A stretch of DNA of 64,000 nucleotides, from positions 17,771-81,770 of the forward strand of contig RECQ01000031.1 in NCBI GenBank assembly GCA_007693965.1, given 5' to 3'. Below are positions 1 through 9,110 of this stretch, in pieces. The translations under genes and the position numbers were made by a program. Below the pieces are notes generated by a model, which worked only from the letters and a program-made list of their open reading frames with translations, made no database searches and was not told the DNA's origin. The DNA is from Phycisphaeraceae bacterium (GTDB lineage Bacteria > Planctomycetota > Phycisphaerae > Phycisphaerales > UBA1924). Position 1 is the stretch's first letter. Each line of letters opens with the position of its first letter.

Positions 1-177
1 CAGGTCATCGAACTAGAGGAGATCTGGGGCGAGGAGATCATCTTCCGTGATGTCCCCGTGATCCGCGAAGACGCGGACGGCGTCAGGACACACCCGCCCC
101 CCACGCCGCCGTCGCAGGACGCCGAACCCGTCTCATCGCTGCGGCGGCGCCAAACTCCAGAGGTGACCGCGCCATGC
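1..177 (+). CDS. C-terminal fragment of the upstream member (P0) of the tandem zinc-ribbon membrane-protein family. Ends ...EIWGEEIIFRDVPVIRED...; its stop overlaps the P1 start (ATGCTGA).
   Basis: Frame-1 translation gives QVIELEEIWGEEIIFRDVPV, matching the conserved C-terminal motif YWGxEIVIRDVPV of the three complete paralogs. Stop TGA at 175-177 overlaps the ATG at 174. Confidence 0.55.
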
Positions 178-1604
178 TGATGTGGCTCATCTCCATCGCG
201 CTCGCCGCCGCCGCGATCGGCGCTGTCCTGCTCGCACTCGGCCTCCGCGGCCGCCGCGTGAACGACCACCCCCACTGCCGGCGCTGCCGCTTCGACCTCT
301 CCGGCCTCGACATCGGCGCAGCAAGCGCGAAATGCCCCGAGTGCGGCGGCGAACTCGCCGGGCGCCGAACGATTCGCATCGGCGCCCGGCGCAGGCGTCC
401 GCGGCTGATCGTGTCCGGCGCCGCCGTGCTGCTGCTTCTTGTCGCGGCCGGCGCGGGGGTCGTCTGGGTCTCGAAATCCAACATCAACTGGACGCCGCAC
501 AAGCCGGCGTGGCTGCTGGAGCATGAGGCGTTCCGCGACGACGGTCTCGACGCCCGCATCGCCGCGATTGAGCTGCTCCGCCGCGCCGATGAGGACGCCC
601 TGAGCGAGTCCCGTCACCGTCGCATCGCCGAGCGGGCCGCGCGTTCGCGCGAGGCGCTGACATCAAACAGGATGTTGTACCTGTGCGACATCATCGAGCA
701 CGCCTGGCGCCGCGGCGTGATCGAGCCGGAGGTGTTGCGGGACATGGCCAAGAACGTGGCGCGCTTCGAGCTCGATCCTCCCCCGCTCGACGCCGGGCCG
801 GATGGGCCGATCCACGTGCCGCTGAATTTCCACTTTCGCTGGAGTGGATCCGCAGTGATCGGCCTGGCGCTCGATTGCGAATTCGCGTCCGCTCGTATCG
901 GTGATCAGCCGCTCCATCGTGTGATGCTGCAAGGAGGAACCGGCGAAGTGACGCGGTTTCCTCGTGAATATTTCTGGAGTCACACACTCCGTCCGATGCC
1001 CAATGACGACCGTGGCGCCCTCCTGACGAGGACCCCGATCGCGCCCGAATCGAGCCTGCCCCTCGGAGAGCACGACATCGACATCAATATTCGTTGGCGG
1101 CTGCGCACGGGCGATCCACGCAGGGGGCACGGACGCCCATTCGAAGAGGCCTCGATGGGCAGTGAGGTCATCGAATGGCATGAACGCCACACCACCCGCG
1201 TGCGCATCATCCCCGAGGAAGAGCTGTCGCCCATCGCCATCGTCGACGATTCGCTCGCGACCGCGGTCGCCGATGCGCTCGCCGTCTCATCGCTCACGAT
1301 CCGCCGTCAGGAGGGCATGCGCGACTACATGCGGCTGTCCATCGACATCCACGACCTCCCCGTCACGATCGCCGGCGACTTCTTCCTCCGCTCCGGCGAG
1401 CGGGTATGGCCGATGCGTTTTCCTCAGATCATCATGCCGGACTATCAACGCACCGGCGTGGACGCGATTCCCGAAGACTTCGACGCGGAGATGGTGGACA
1501 TCATCATCCGGCCGCGGCCGGAGTACGCCCGCTTCGCCGACGGCGTGCGCGAATTCTGGGGACGCGAGATCGTCATCCGCGATGTGCCCGTCGTGCCCGA
1601 GTAG
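174..1604 (+). CDS. Paralog P1 of the tandem family: N-terminal TM helix, cytoplasmic arginine-rich zinc ribbon (HCRRCRFDL...CPECGG), second TM helix, roughly 370-aa ectodomain, C-terminal FWGREIVIRDVPVVPE. Function unknown.
   Basis: 476-aa ORF sharing architecture and conserved blocks (KPAWLLE, IRPxPE, YWGxEIVIRDVPV) with 1629..3041 and 3066..4466. Confidence 0.75.
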   Translation: MLMWLISIALAAAAIGAVLLALGLRGRRVNDHPHCRRCRFDLSGLDIGAASAKCPECGGELAGRRTIRIGARRRRPRLIVSGAAVLLLLVAAGAGVVWVSKSNINWTPHKPAWLLEHEAFRDDGLDARIAAIELLRRADEDALSESRHRRIAERAARSREALTSNRMLYLCDIIEHAWRRGVIEPEVLRDMAKNVARFELDPPPLDAGPDGPIHVPLNFHFRWSGSAVIGLALDCEFASARIGDQPLHRVMLQGGTGEVTRFPREYFWSHTLRPMPNDDRGALLTRTPIAPESSLPLGEHDIDINIRWRLRTGDPRRGHGRPFEEASMGSEVIEWHERHTTRVRIIPEEELSPIAIVDDSLATAVADALAVSSLTIRRQEGMRDYMRLSIDIHDLPVTIAGDFFLRSGERVWPMRFPQIIMPDYQRTGVDAIPEDFDAEMVDIIIRPRPEYARFADGVREFWGREIVIRDVPVVPE

Positions 1605-1628
1605 CGCTGTGGAGAATCGAGGGTCCGC

Positions 1629-3041
1629 ATGACAAGCTTCACCATCACGCTTCTTGTTCTCCTCGCCGCGGCGGGGGCGGTTCTGCTTGTCATCGGCCTC
1701 CGCGGCCGGCGCATCAACGATCACCCCCACTGCCGGCGCTGCCGCTTCGACCTCTCCGGCATCGATGTTAGCGCAACGGACGCGAAGTGCCTCGAGTGCG
1801 GCGCCGGGCTTTCCGGCGCGCGAGCGGTCCGACAAGGCGCCCGCTGCAGGCGTCCGCGGCTGATCGGGGCGGGCGCTACAGCGATGGCCGTCGCGCTCTG
1901 CATCCTCGCCGTGGCGGCGTGGCCGATGGCGGCCGGCTACAACTGGAACACGATCAAGCCCGCGTGGCTGCTCGAAACCGAGACGCGCGAGATCGCGACG
2001 CCCCGCGCCATCGCCGCGGCGGGTGAGCTGGCGGCGCGGGCGATGGCCGGTTCGCTCAACGCCCATCGCCACGGCCGCCTGGCGCAACGCGGCGTCGAGG
2101 CATTCGTCGGCGGCGATCTGCCGGCGCAGCCCGAGCGAAACGCGTGGGGCAACATCATCGAGTCCGCGTGGGAGCGGGAGCTGCTCGAGAACGAATCGCT
2201 CGGGCGCTACATCGATTCACGCATGGTCGTGAGCTTCACGCCACGCAGCCAGATCCGCCGCGGTGATCCGGTTCCGGTCAGTGTCGCAGTCTACACCGCA
2301 GCAGGCGGCGAGAACCGTCTGGGAATGCTGATCGGTGTGCGCATCGATCGCATCTCGCTGGGCGGCGCACCCATTCCTTTGAAACCTGATTGGGGCGATC
2401 CATTCGGAATCATGTCGAAGCCGGCGGAGCACAACACCGGATCGATGATGCGCTGGACGCTGGAAGCCGAACAGGCGCCGGAAGTCGGCGAGCAGAGCTT
2501 CGAAGTCGAATACACGATCGAGATCTTCACCGGCTTCGAAAGGCCCTGGGGAACATCGGGCTATTTCGAGCAGCCCGAGCCCCCCGTAGCCGCGATGAGC
2601 AGACGCGCCGAGTCCCCCGTGCGCATCATCAGTCCCGAAGAGGAGAACCTGGCGATCATCGTGCCCGATGCAGACACGGCGGCGGCGATGCTCGACGCCA
2701 TCCGCATCACGCGGGCCGCCATCACGAAGACGGAAGACGGGCTCATACTCTCGTGCTCGGTCATGATCACGCAACTTCCCCACCCGATCGCAGGGCAGGT
2801 TGTCATGAGAGCCGGCGATCGCGAGTGGCCGCTCGGCGGGCTCGGGGCCCATGCGATCCCCGGGGCGCCGCCGAACTCCAGCCGCGGCTATGGCGTCGGC
2901 GCCGTGGTCGACGAGTTCGATTTAAAGATAGTGGATGTCGTGATCAGGCCCGACCCGGAAGTCGCGCGGCGGAATCTCGGGATGACCAGGTACTGGGGCG
3001 AAGAGATCGTTATTCGGGATGTGCCAATAGTGAACGAGTAG
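1629..3041 (+). CDS. Paralog P2 of the tandem zinc-ribbon membrane-protein family.
   Basis: 470 aa with the same TM / C-x2-C...C-x-E-C-G / TM architecture and conserved C-terminus YWGEEIVIRDVPIVNE. Separated from P1 by a 24-nt spacer. Confidence 0.75.
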   Translation: MTSFTITLLVLLAAAGAVLLVIGLRGRRINDHPHCRRCRFDLSGIDVSATDAKCLECGAGLSGARAVRQGARCRRPRLIGAGATAMAVALCILAVAAWPMAAGYNWNTIKPAWLLETETREIATPRAIAAAGELAARAMAGSLNAHRHGRLAQRGVEAFVGGDLPAQPERNAWGNIIESAWERELLENESLGRYIDSRMVVSFTPRSQIRRGDPVPVSVAVYTAAGGENRLGMLIGVRIDRISLGGAPIPLKPDWGDPFGIMSKPAEHNTGSMMRWTLEAEQAPEVGEQSFEVEYTIEIFTGFERPWGTSGYFEQPEPPVAAMSRRAESPVRIISPEEENLAIIVPDADTAAAMLDAIRITRAAITKTEDGLILSCSVMITQLPHPIAGQVVMRAGDREWPLGGLGAHAIPGAPPNSSRGYGVGAVVDEFDLKIVDVVIRPDPEVARRNLGMTRYWGEEIVIRDVPIVNE

Positions 3042-3065
3042 TGTGATGGAGAATCGAGAGCCCGA

Positions 3066-4466
3066 ATGTCCAGCTTCACCATCATCCTTCTGATTTTTCT
3101 CGCAGTGGCGGGTGTTGTGATGCTCACGCTCGGCCGCGGCGTCCGGCGCGAGAATGCGCATCCGCATTGTCGGCGCTGTCGGTACGACCTCACCGGGCTG
3201 GCGCTGGAGTCTCCCGACGCCAGATGCCCTGAGTGCGGCGCAGGGCTGGGTGGGAAGCGTGCTGTCCGCACCGGTGAACGCCGCAGGCGGCCCTGGATGC
3301 TCGTGACGGGGATTTCCCTGCTCACAATCGCAACAGGCGCGGGCGGCGTTCACGGCTGGCGCATCGCTACATCGCTTGATTGGAAAGTGGCGCTCAAGCC
3401 GGAGTGGCTGCTGGAGATGGACACGAGCAGCACCGACCCCGACGTGTCATACGCGGCGACCGTGGAACTGGCGAAAAGAGCCGTGGAGGGCAGGCTTGGA
3501 GGCAAACGGCTTGCGCGCCTCGGAGAGCAAGGGGTGGATGTGTACGTCCGCGACAATCTCAACACAATGCATGAGTGGGGTAATTTCGTCGAATTGGCCT
3601 GGAAGCAGGGATATCTCGACGATGCCTCGCTCGTGCGCTACCTCGAAACTCGATTTTTCGTAAGCGTCGCGCCAAAGTACGGGATCCGACCCGGCGACCC
3701 GATACCGTTCGTCATCGCCCTTCATACAAGAAAAGGTGGGGAGAATTACGCGGACATCCTTGTCGGACTCCGTCTTGAGAGTGTGACCGTGAACGGGTCT
3801 CCTCTCTCGCTCCTTCGCGACGTCGATGGACCTGTCGGAGTCATGATAAAACCGGGGAACCGATACGAAAGCTCATATACTTACTGGGTTTTTGAAGCGG
3901 ATCCGGCGCTTGAGATTGGCAGACATGACGTTCTCGCCTATTGCACGATCGAGATCTACAGAGGCAGTCCAGGGCCTCTGGACTCGCCCGTGTATGTCCA
4001 GCAGCCTGCTCCGCCCGTAGCTGTCTTGCAAAAGTCGCGCACTTCATACTTAACCTTGCTCTCGTATGAAAAGGAATTTCTGTTCGCAATCGAAGACGAT
4101 GACGAATCCAGCGCGGCGATGGATGAAGCGGTCCGTGTGACACGTGCCTCCATCCGCGAGACAGACGATGGCGTCATGCTCGAATGCTCCCTGACAACAA
4201 TGCGGCTGCCGGTGGACATCTCGGGATATGTGTACTGGAGAGTCGCCGATCGGGAATGGCGACTCGGACCAATCACCTCGAACGCGAGACACTGGACCCC
4301 CAGCTGCCACGAGCTGTCGGTGGTGGTCGATGAGTTTGATGAAGATGTCGTCGACATCGTGATTCGGCCGAATCCCGAGCCCGCAAGGCTGGACTACAGG
4401 ATCAGTCGATACTGGGGGCGCGAGATCGTGATCCGCGACGTCCCCGTCACACACGAATCGCCGTGA
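3066..4466 (+). CDS. Paralog P3 of the tandem zinc-ribbon membrane-protein family.
   Basis: 466 aa with the same architecture (HCRRCRYDL...CPECGAGL) and C-terminus YWGREIVIRDVPVTHESP. Separated from P2 by a 24-nt spacer. Confidence 0.75.
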   Translation: MSSFTIILLIFLAVAGVVMLTLGRGVRRENAHPHCRRCRYDLTGLALESPDARCPECGAGLGGKRAVRTGERRRRPWMLVTGISLLTIATGAGGVHGWRIATSLDWKVALKPEWLLEMDTSSTDPDVSYAATVELAKRAVEGRLGGKRLARLGEQGVDVYVRDNLNTMHEWGNFVELAWKQGYLDDASLVRYLETRFFVSVAPKYGIRPGDPIPFVIALHTRKGGENYADILVGLRLESVTVNGSPLSLLRDVDGPVGVMIKPGNRYESSYTYWVFEADPALEIGRHDVLAYCTIEIYRGSPGPLDSPVYVQQPAPPVAVLQKSRTSYLTLLSYEKEFLFAIEDDDESSAAMDEAVRVTRASIRETDDGVMLECSLTTMRLPVDISGYVYWRVADREWRLGPITSNARHWTPSCHELSVVVDEFDEDVVDIVIRPNPEPARLDYRISRYWGREIVIRDVPVTHESP

Positions 4467-4523
4467 GTCATTCGCGATTGCAGCGGCGTCGCGCCACCGG
4501 TCGCTTGCGCTCGCGTCCCCGCT

Positions 4524-4853
4524 TCACGCCCCCTCCCCGCCCCCCAGCACCTTCGGCACGCGCACGAACGGCGCCGCCGCCTGCGGCGCCATCTTCATCA
4601 ACGCCTCGTTCGACAGACAGGCGCGCGGCTCGTCCGCATCCAGCCGGTTCACCACGTCCAGCGGGTGGGCCATCGGATCGACGTTCTCCGTGTCCAGCTC
4701 GCGCAGGCGGTCGATGTAGCCGAGAATCGAGACAAGCTGCCCCCGATGACGCTCGATCGACGCATCGTCCAGCGCCAGGCGCGACAGATGGGCCACACGA
4801 CGGACCACGTCTTCAGACAGTTCCGCCCCCTGTGGTTTCTTCGTGTCGCTCAT
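4524..4853 (-). CDS. gatC: Asp-tRNA(Asn)/Glu-tRNA(Gln) amidotransferase subunit C (GatC)
   Basis: MSDTKK...LSEDVVRRVAHLSRLALDDASIERHRGQLVSILGYIDRLRELDTENVDPMAHP... is typical GatC length and motif content. Start chosen at the internal ATG (MSDTKK); the upstream extension in the ORF track looks spurious. Confidence 0.8.
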   Translation of the reverse strand: MSDTKKPQGAELSEDVVRRVAHLSRLALDDASIERHRGQLVSILGYIDRLRELDTENVDPMAHPLDVVNRLDADEPRACLSNEALMKMAPQAAAPFVRVPKVLGGGEGA

Positions 4854-5022
4854 GCCCGCATCATACCGCGCCCGGCATGCGCAGCGGAACAACGCCCAGC
4901 ACAGACGCCGAGGCTGAGGAGTCCGCGACGAAGCCTCGGGAACGGCGCAGATTCACGGCTCGGAGAGCCGTGCCACCAGTGAGCCGCGCCGCCGGTTGTT
5001 CAGAAGATCCCAACACCGCTTC

Positions 5023-5880
5023 TCAGCCTTCGGAATCGGAGGCGGAGCCAGCGCCGGAAGCTGAATCGGGGCCGGCCTCGGGCGACGCTTCCTCCCCACC
5101 GCTCGCCACGCGGGCGATCGCCTTGTTCGCGATCTTCCCGATCACGATCACGATCACCACCGTCAGCCCGGCGCCGACGTAGAAGAACCAGCCCGGGCGC
5201 GTCTTGCCCGCCTCGGCCAGGTCTGCGATGCCCGAGGCGATGAAGACCGCCGCCCCCGTCCGCGGCGCCATGCCGATGAGCGTGCCCAGCAGGTACGGCG
5301 CCAGCGGCACGCGCGTCGAGCCCAGCGTCAGGTTCATCAGCGCGAAGGGCGAGTTCGGAGGCAGGCGCAGCAGCGTGACGATGCCGAGCGTCTTCCAGAA
5401 CCCGCCGCCGACCAGGGCGTCGCGCACCGCCTGCCACTTGAGCTGCTGGCCGATGGTCGCCATCACGTGGCGGCTGGCGACGCGGTGGGCCACGAAGTAG
5501 CCGATGAACGAACCGCCGAAGAAGCCCGCCAGAGCCGCGGGAAACCCGAGGGCGAAGCCGAAGGCCCAGCCGCCGAGGATCGCCTGGGCGTAGGTGGGCA
5601 GCAGGGCGAGGCCCGCGAGGACGGCGAAGCCGACGATATAGAGGGCGACGCCGGGCATGCCCAGCTCGCGCAGCCAGGGGCCGACCAGCCACAGCGTGGT
5701 CAGCAGCAGGATGCCGCTGATGGCGGGGAGCGTGCCCGCGAGCACCGCCAGCGGCCCGGCGGGCCCGAGCCGGCGCGCAATGAGGATGAAGCGCGAGCCG
5801 ATCGTCTCCTGCTTCGAGGCTTCGGAGTCGGGCTCAGGCTCGTTGATTGCGGGATCGATTTCGGGTGGTTTTTCGGTCAA
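5023..5880 (-). CDS. DedA/TVP38/TMEM64-family integral membrane protein
   Basis: Multi-TM protein with DedA-like glycine-rich TM segments (GGWAFGFALGFPAALAGFFGGSFIGYF..). The N-terminal 44 codons of the track ORF are low-complexity. Start placed at an in-frame TTG (LTEKPP); the true start is uncertain. Confidence 0.6.
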   Translation of the reverse strand: MTEKPPEIDPAINEPEPDSEASKQETIGSRFILIARRLGPAGPLAVLAGTLPAISGILLLTTLWLVGPWLRELGMPGVALYIVGFAVLAGLALLPTYAQAILGGWAFGFALGFPAALAGFFGGSFIGYFVAHRVASRHVMATIGQQLKWQAVRDALVGGGFWKTLGIVTLLRLPPNSPFALMNLTLGSTRVPLAPYLLGTLIGMAPRTGAAVFIASGIADLAEAGKTRPGWFFYVGAGLTVVIVIVIGKIANKAIARVASGGEEASPEAGPDSASGAGSASDSEG

Positions 5881-6048
5881 GTCCCGGAGCGTACCCGGCC
5901 CGGGCGACGGCCGCACACACCCGCGCGCCCGCGTTTCCCCGCCGGCTGCGACGCGGGTACACTCCGATTGTCGATCACGGTTGATCGTTCGAGATTTGCG
6001 AGATGCAGGCATGTGTGGGGCGAAAGCCTCTCACTGGAGGCCTTTCCG

Positions 6049-6990
6049 ATGATTCCGAAGCCCCCGCCCCGCGAGGGCCAGCTTGGTTTTGTGTTCGTGC
6101 CGCCCTTCCGTGTGCAGGGCGTCTCGATTGCAGGTGAGGCGACCTGCGTGCAGGTCCCGGAGCTGGATATCTGCTTTGACATGGGCTCGTGCCCGCGGGC
6201 GGCCCTGCCCAGCCGCATCGTGGCCATCAGCCACGGCCACATGGACCACGTCGGGGGCCTTGCCTACTTCTGCTCCCAGCGGAAGTTCCAGGGGATGGGG
6301 ACGGCGACGATCGTGTGCGACGAGCGGATCGCCGCGGGGGTGCGCCGGATGATGGCCGGCTTCGTGGAGCTGGAGGGGCAGGTGACGCCCTTCGAGCTGA
6401 TCCCGATGGGCCCGGAACAGGAAATCCAGATCAAAAATTCGATCGTGCTGCGCGCCTTCCACACCGAGCACACCACGCCCTCAAGCGGATATGTAGTGGT
6501 TGAGAAGCGGAGCAAGCTCAAGCCAGAGTATGTCGGCCTGCCGCAGGAGAAGCTGCGCGAGTTGAAAGAACGCGGCGAGGAGATCACGCACATCCTCGAT
6601 GTGCCACTGGTCGCGTATCTTGGAGACACAGCGCCGGGGCCGGTGCTGGTGCGTGAAGACGTGCGCAAGGCGCAGGTGGTGATCTGCGAGTGCACGTTCG
6701 TGGAAGAGGATCACAAGGACCGGGCCCGCATCGGCAAGCACCTGCATCTGGACGACATCGCCGAGTGGCTGCCGCTGCTGGAGAGTGAGGCGCTGGTGCT
6801 GACGCACGTGTCGCGGCGCAGCAATTTGACGCAGGCGCGGCGCCGATTGCACGAGCTAGTCAAGCCTGAAATTGCAGCGCGCGTGTCTTTCCTGATGGAT
6901 CATCGCACCAACCGCGATCGCTATGACAAGCAGGCCATGGCGGCGGAGGCGCGCGAAGCGCAGTTGAACGCCCGCGATGCGGGTGCATGA
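6049..6990 (+). CDS. rnz: Ribonuclease Z (tRNA 3'-processing endonuclease, short form), MBL fold
   Basis: HGHMDHVGG metallo-beta-lactamase motif, about 314 aa, C-terminal LTHVSRR. Start taken at ATG (MIPKPP); the upstream part of the track ORF overlaps the DedA gene on the opposite strand. Confidence 0.8.
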   Translation: MIPKPPPREGQLGFVFVPPFRVQGVSIAGEATCVQVPELDICFDMGSCPRAALPSRIVAISHGHMDHVGGLAYFCSQRKFQGMGTATIVCDERIAAGVRRMMAGFVELEGQVTPFELIPMGPEQEIQIKNSIVLRAFHTEHTTPSSGYVVVEKRSKLKPEYVGLPQEKLRELKERGEEITHILDVPLVAYLGDTAPGPVLVREDVRKAQVVICECTFVEEDHKDRARIGKHLHLDDIAEWLPLLESEALVLTHVSRRSNLTQARRRLHELVKPEIAARVSFLMDHRTNRDRYDKQAMAAEAREAQLNARDAGA

Positions 6991-7249
6991 TGAGGCGTTC
7001 GCAGGGGGCTCCGTGACACGCAAATGCGCAGATTTGCGAGTATGTGCGCACGAACGTGCGCCTACATGGTTGACAGACGTTGCGCGCATTCGTAGCTTCA
7101 TAGTTTGTCGCGGCACGCCCGGTGGGATGTCCGGCGCAGCGCAAGTTCGCAATGCGTCGGCATGAAAACGGTACGACAAGCGGGCGCCGTCGCGATGGTG
7201 TATTTGTTCCCCCTCTCTCACTCAACAACTTTCGCCAAGGCGGGCGATC
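6991..7249 (+). promoter_or_regulatory. dnaA upstream region with clustered TGCGCA/TGCGCG palindromic motifs and a candidate sigma70-like promoter (TTGACA-17nt-TAGCTT around 7068-7096).
   Basis: Six or more TGCGC-core motifs within about 150 bp (gcaaatgcgcagatttgcgag, tgtgcgcacgaacgtgcgcc, gttgcgcgcattc, gcgcaagttcgcaatgcg), directly upstream of dnaA. Confidence 0.3.
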
Positions 7250-8641
7250 ATGGATCGACCGGATCATCTGATCTGGAAAAAGCTGCTTGCGCATGTTCAG
7301 AAGCGCAGTCCGAACCTCTGGCGCCAGTGGTTCGAGGAGATCGAGCCCGTCGCGTTTGATGGGGGCGTCTTCCTGCTCCGCGTGCGCAACACCGTGCAGC
7401 ATCGGTACCTGCAGCGCGATTGCGCCCAGGCCTTCACCGATGCGGCGCAGGAGGCGACGGACAGGCTGGTCGCGGTGCGCTTCCTCGCCCCTGAAGCGGA
7501 GGTGCGCGAATTGGAGGATGACGCAGCGCAGGAGCACGGCAAGAATGGATCCGCCCAACTGATCGAGGCCCGGCCCCGCAACGCCACGCCTCGCATCGGT
7601 CTGCCCTCCGGCGGCGAGCTGATCCTCAACCCCGATTACAACTTCGAGAACTTCGTGATTGGGCCGGGCAACCGCTTCGCGCACGCCGCCGCACTCGCCG
7701 TGGCTGAGAACCCCGGCCTCACCTACAACCCGATGTTCATCTACGGCGGCGTGGGGCTGGGCAAGACCCACCTGCTGCAGGCGGTGTGCGCCCGCATCCT
7801 CGAACGCAATCCTGACACGCAGATCACCTACATCTCCTGCGAAGATTTCATCACCCAGTTCATGGACGCCGTGCAGGTGGGGCAGATGGCGGGCTTCCGT
7901 CACCACTTCCGCGATGTCGACCTGCTGGTGATCGACGACATCCACTTCCTCGCCAACCGCGATCGCACCCAGGAAGAGTTCTTCCACACCTTCAACAGCC
8001 TGCACCAGGCCCGCCGGCAGATCATCCTCTCCTCCGATGCAGCGCCGGATGAAATCCCCCACCTTGAGGGACGACTGGTCAGCCGCTTCAAGTGGGGGCT
8101 GGTCGCCGACATCCAGGCGCCCGACTACGAGACCCGCGTCGCCATCGTGAAGCAGAAGGCCAAGGTCCGCGGCGTCGAGCTGCCCAGCGAGGTGGCCGAA
8201 CTGATCGCCGAACGCTGCCACGCCAACATCCGCGAGCTCGAGGGCGCCCTCACCAAGATCCAGATGCAGGCCAACCTGGATGAGTCCCCCATCAGCATGG
8301 CCCTGGCCCGGACTGCCATGGGCGTCGAGACCAACATGCACGCCAACAAGGCCACCATCGAGGTGATCGTCAACGCCGTGACCGAGTACTACGACGTGAC
8401 GCTCTCCAACCTCCAGTCCAAGCGCCGCCAGCGCTCCATCGCCCAGCCGCGGCAGGTGTGCATGTACTTCGCGCGTCGGTTCACCCGCTACTCCCTCGAG
8501 GAGATCGGCGGCTACTTCGGAGGCCGGGACCACACGACCGTCCTCCACGCCGTCCGCACCGTGCAGTCCTACCTGGAGCAGGACCCCGAATTCGCCAGGC
8601 GAGTCGGCCAGATCGAGGCCACCATCCTCAGCAACGCCTGA
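7250..8641 (+). CDS. dnaA: Chromosomal replication initiator protein DnaA
   Basis: AAA+ Walker A GGVGLGKTHLL, sensor motifs, and C-terminal DNA-binding domain (RRQRSIAQPRQVCMYFARRFT..GGRDHTTVLHA). 463 aa. Confidence 0.95.
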   Translation: MDRPDHLIWKKLLAHVQKRSPNLWRQWFEEIEPVAFDGGVFLLRVRNTVQHRYLQRDCAQAFTDAAQEATDRLVAVRFLAPEAEVRELEDDAAQEHGKNGSAQLIEARPRNATPRIGLPSGGELILNPDYNFENFVIGPGNRFAHAAALAVAENPGLTYNPMFIYGGVGLGKTHLLQAVCARILERNPDTQITYISCEDFITQFMDAVQVGQMAGFRHHFRDVDLLVIDDIHFLANRDRTQEEFFHTFNSLHQARRQIILSSDAAPDEIPHLEGRLVSRFKWGLVADIQAPDYETRVAIVKQKAKVRGVELPSEVAELIAERCHANIRELEGALTKIQMQANLDESPISMALARTAMGVETNMHANKATIEVIVNAVTEYYDVTLSNLQSKRRQRSIAQPRQVCMYFARRFTRYSLEEIGGYFGGRDHTTVLHAVRTVQSYLEQDPEFARRVGQIEATILSNA

Positions 8642-8739
8642 GCCTGAGCCACGCCCCCCACTCCCGATCCACCACCACACCCCCACCACACCCCCACCAC
8701 ACGCTCCCGCTGCGCCCCGATTCTGCGTGTCGGCATGTA

Positions 8740-8748
8740 TGTGGATAA
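8740..8748 (-). promoter_or_regulatory. Consensus DnaA box (TTATCCACA on the minus strand)
   Basis: Exact 9/9 match tgtggataa; a weaker ggtggacag box follows at 8751..8759. Confidence 0.6.
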
Positions 8749-9091
8749 GCGGTGGACAGAACGGCGCGGCCGTCCGGGGCGGGTCTGCCGATTGGTGTGG
8801 GAAGTGTGTGAGTAATCCCGGGTGGACCCGGGGTCCGATCCGGCGCCATCGCGACGCGCCAACCGCCCGCCAGGTTCTCCACAGGCGCCGACGGGTGTAA
8901 ACCATTGTCAGTGCGACAATTGCGGCGAAAAAGCGAAGTACTTCACAGACCGACAGGCCTTACTACTGCGAAGATGAGAATCTCTTTCTCTCCCTGTAGA
9001 GAGAAGAAGCGGACGACTCTTGGGGTATTCTGCCGGTCTCTCTACGTTGGGCGCCCTAGATGGATCACCTGAAGCAGGGTTTTCCATCTTC

Positions 9092-9110
9092 TTCTCCACA
9101 ATGTGGATAA
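9092..9110. promoter_or_regulatory. Head-to-head DnaA-box pair: TTcTCCACA-a-TGTGGATAA
   Basis: cttctccacaatgtggataac pairs one 8/9 box with one perfect 9/9 box in inverted orientation, 1 nt apart. Confidence 0.6.

Noticed and set aside
4463-5182. 239-aa Pro/Arg/Ser-rich plus-strand ORF over gatC and the 3' end of the DedA gene
   Set aside because: Extremely low-complexity. Antisense to GatC, which is well conserved.
5467-6048. N-terminal 194 codons of the track ORF that continues into rnz
   Set aside because: Antisense to the DedA gene and without MBL-family homology. RNase Z homology begins at the internal ATG at 6049, and the resulting 314 aa matches the length of short-form RNase Z.
6860-8905. 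681-aa minus-strand ORF covering all of dnaA
   Set aside because: Antisense to the unmistakable dnaA CDS. Arg/Gly/Ala-rich low-complexity translation typical of GC-rich shadow frames.
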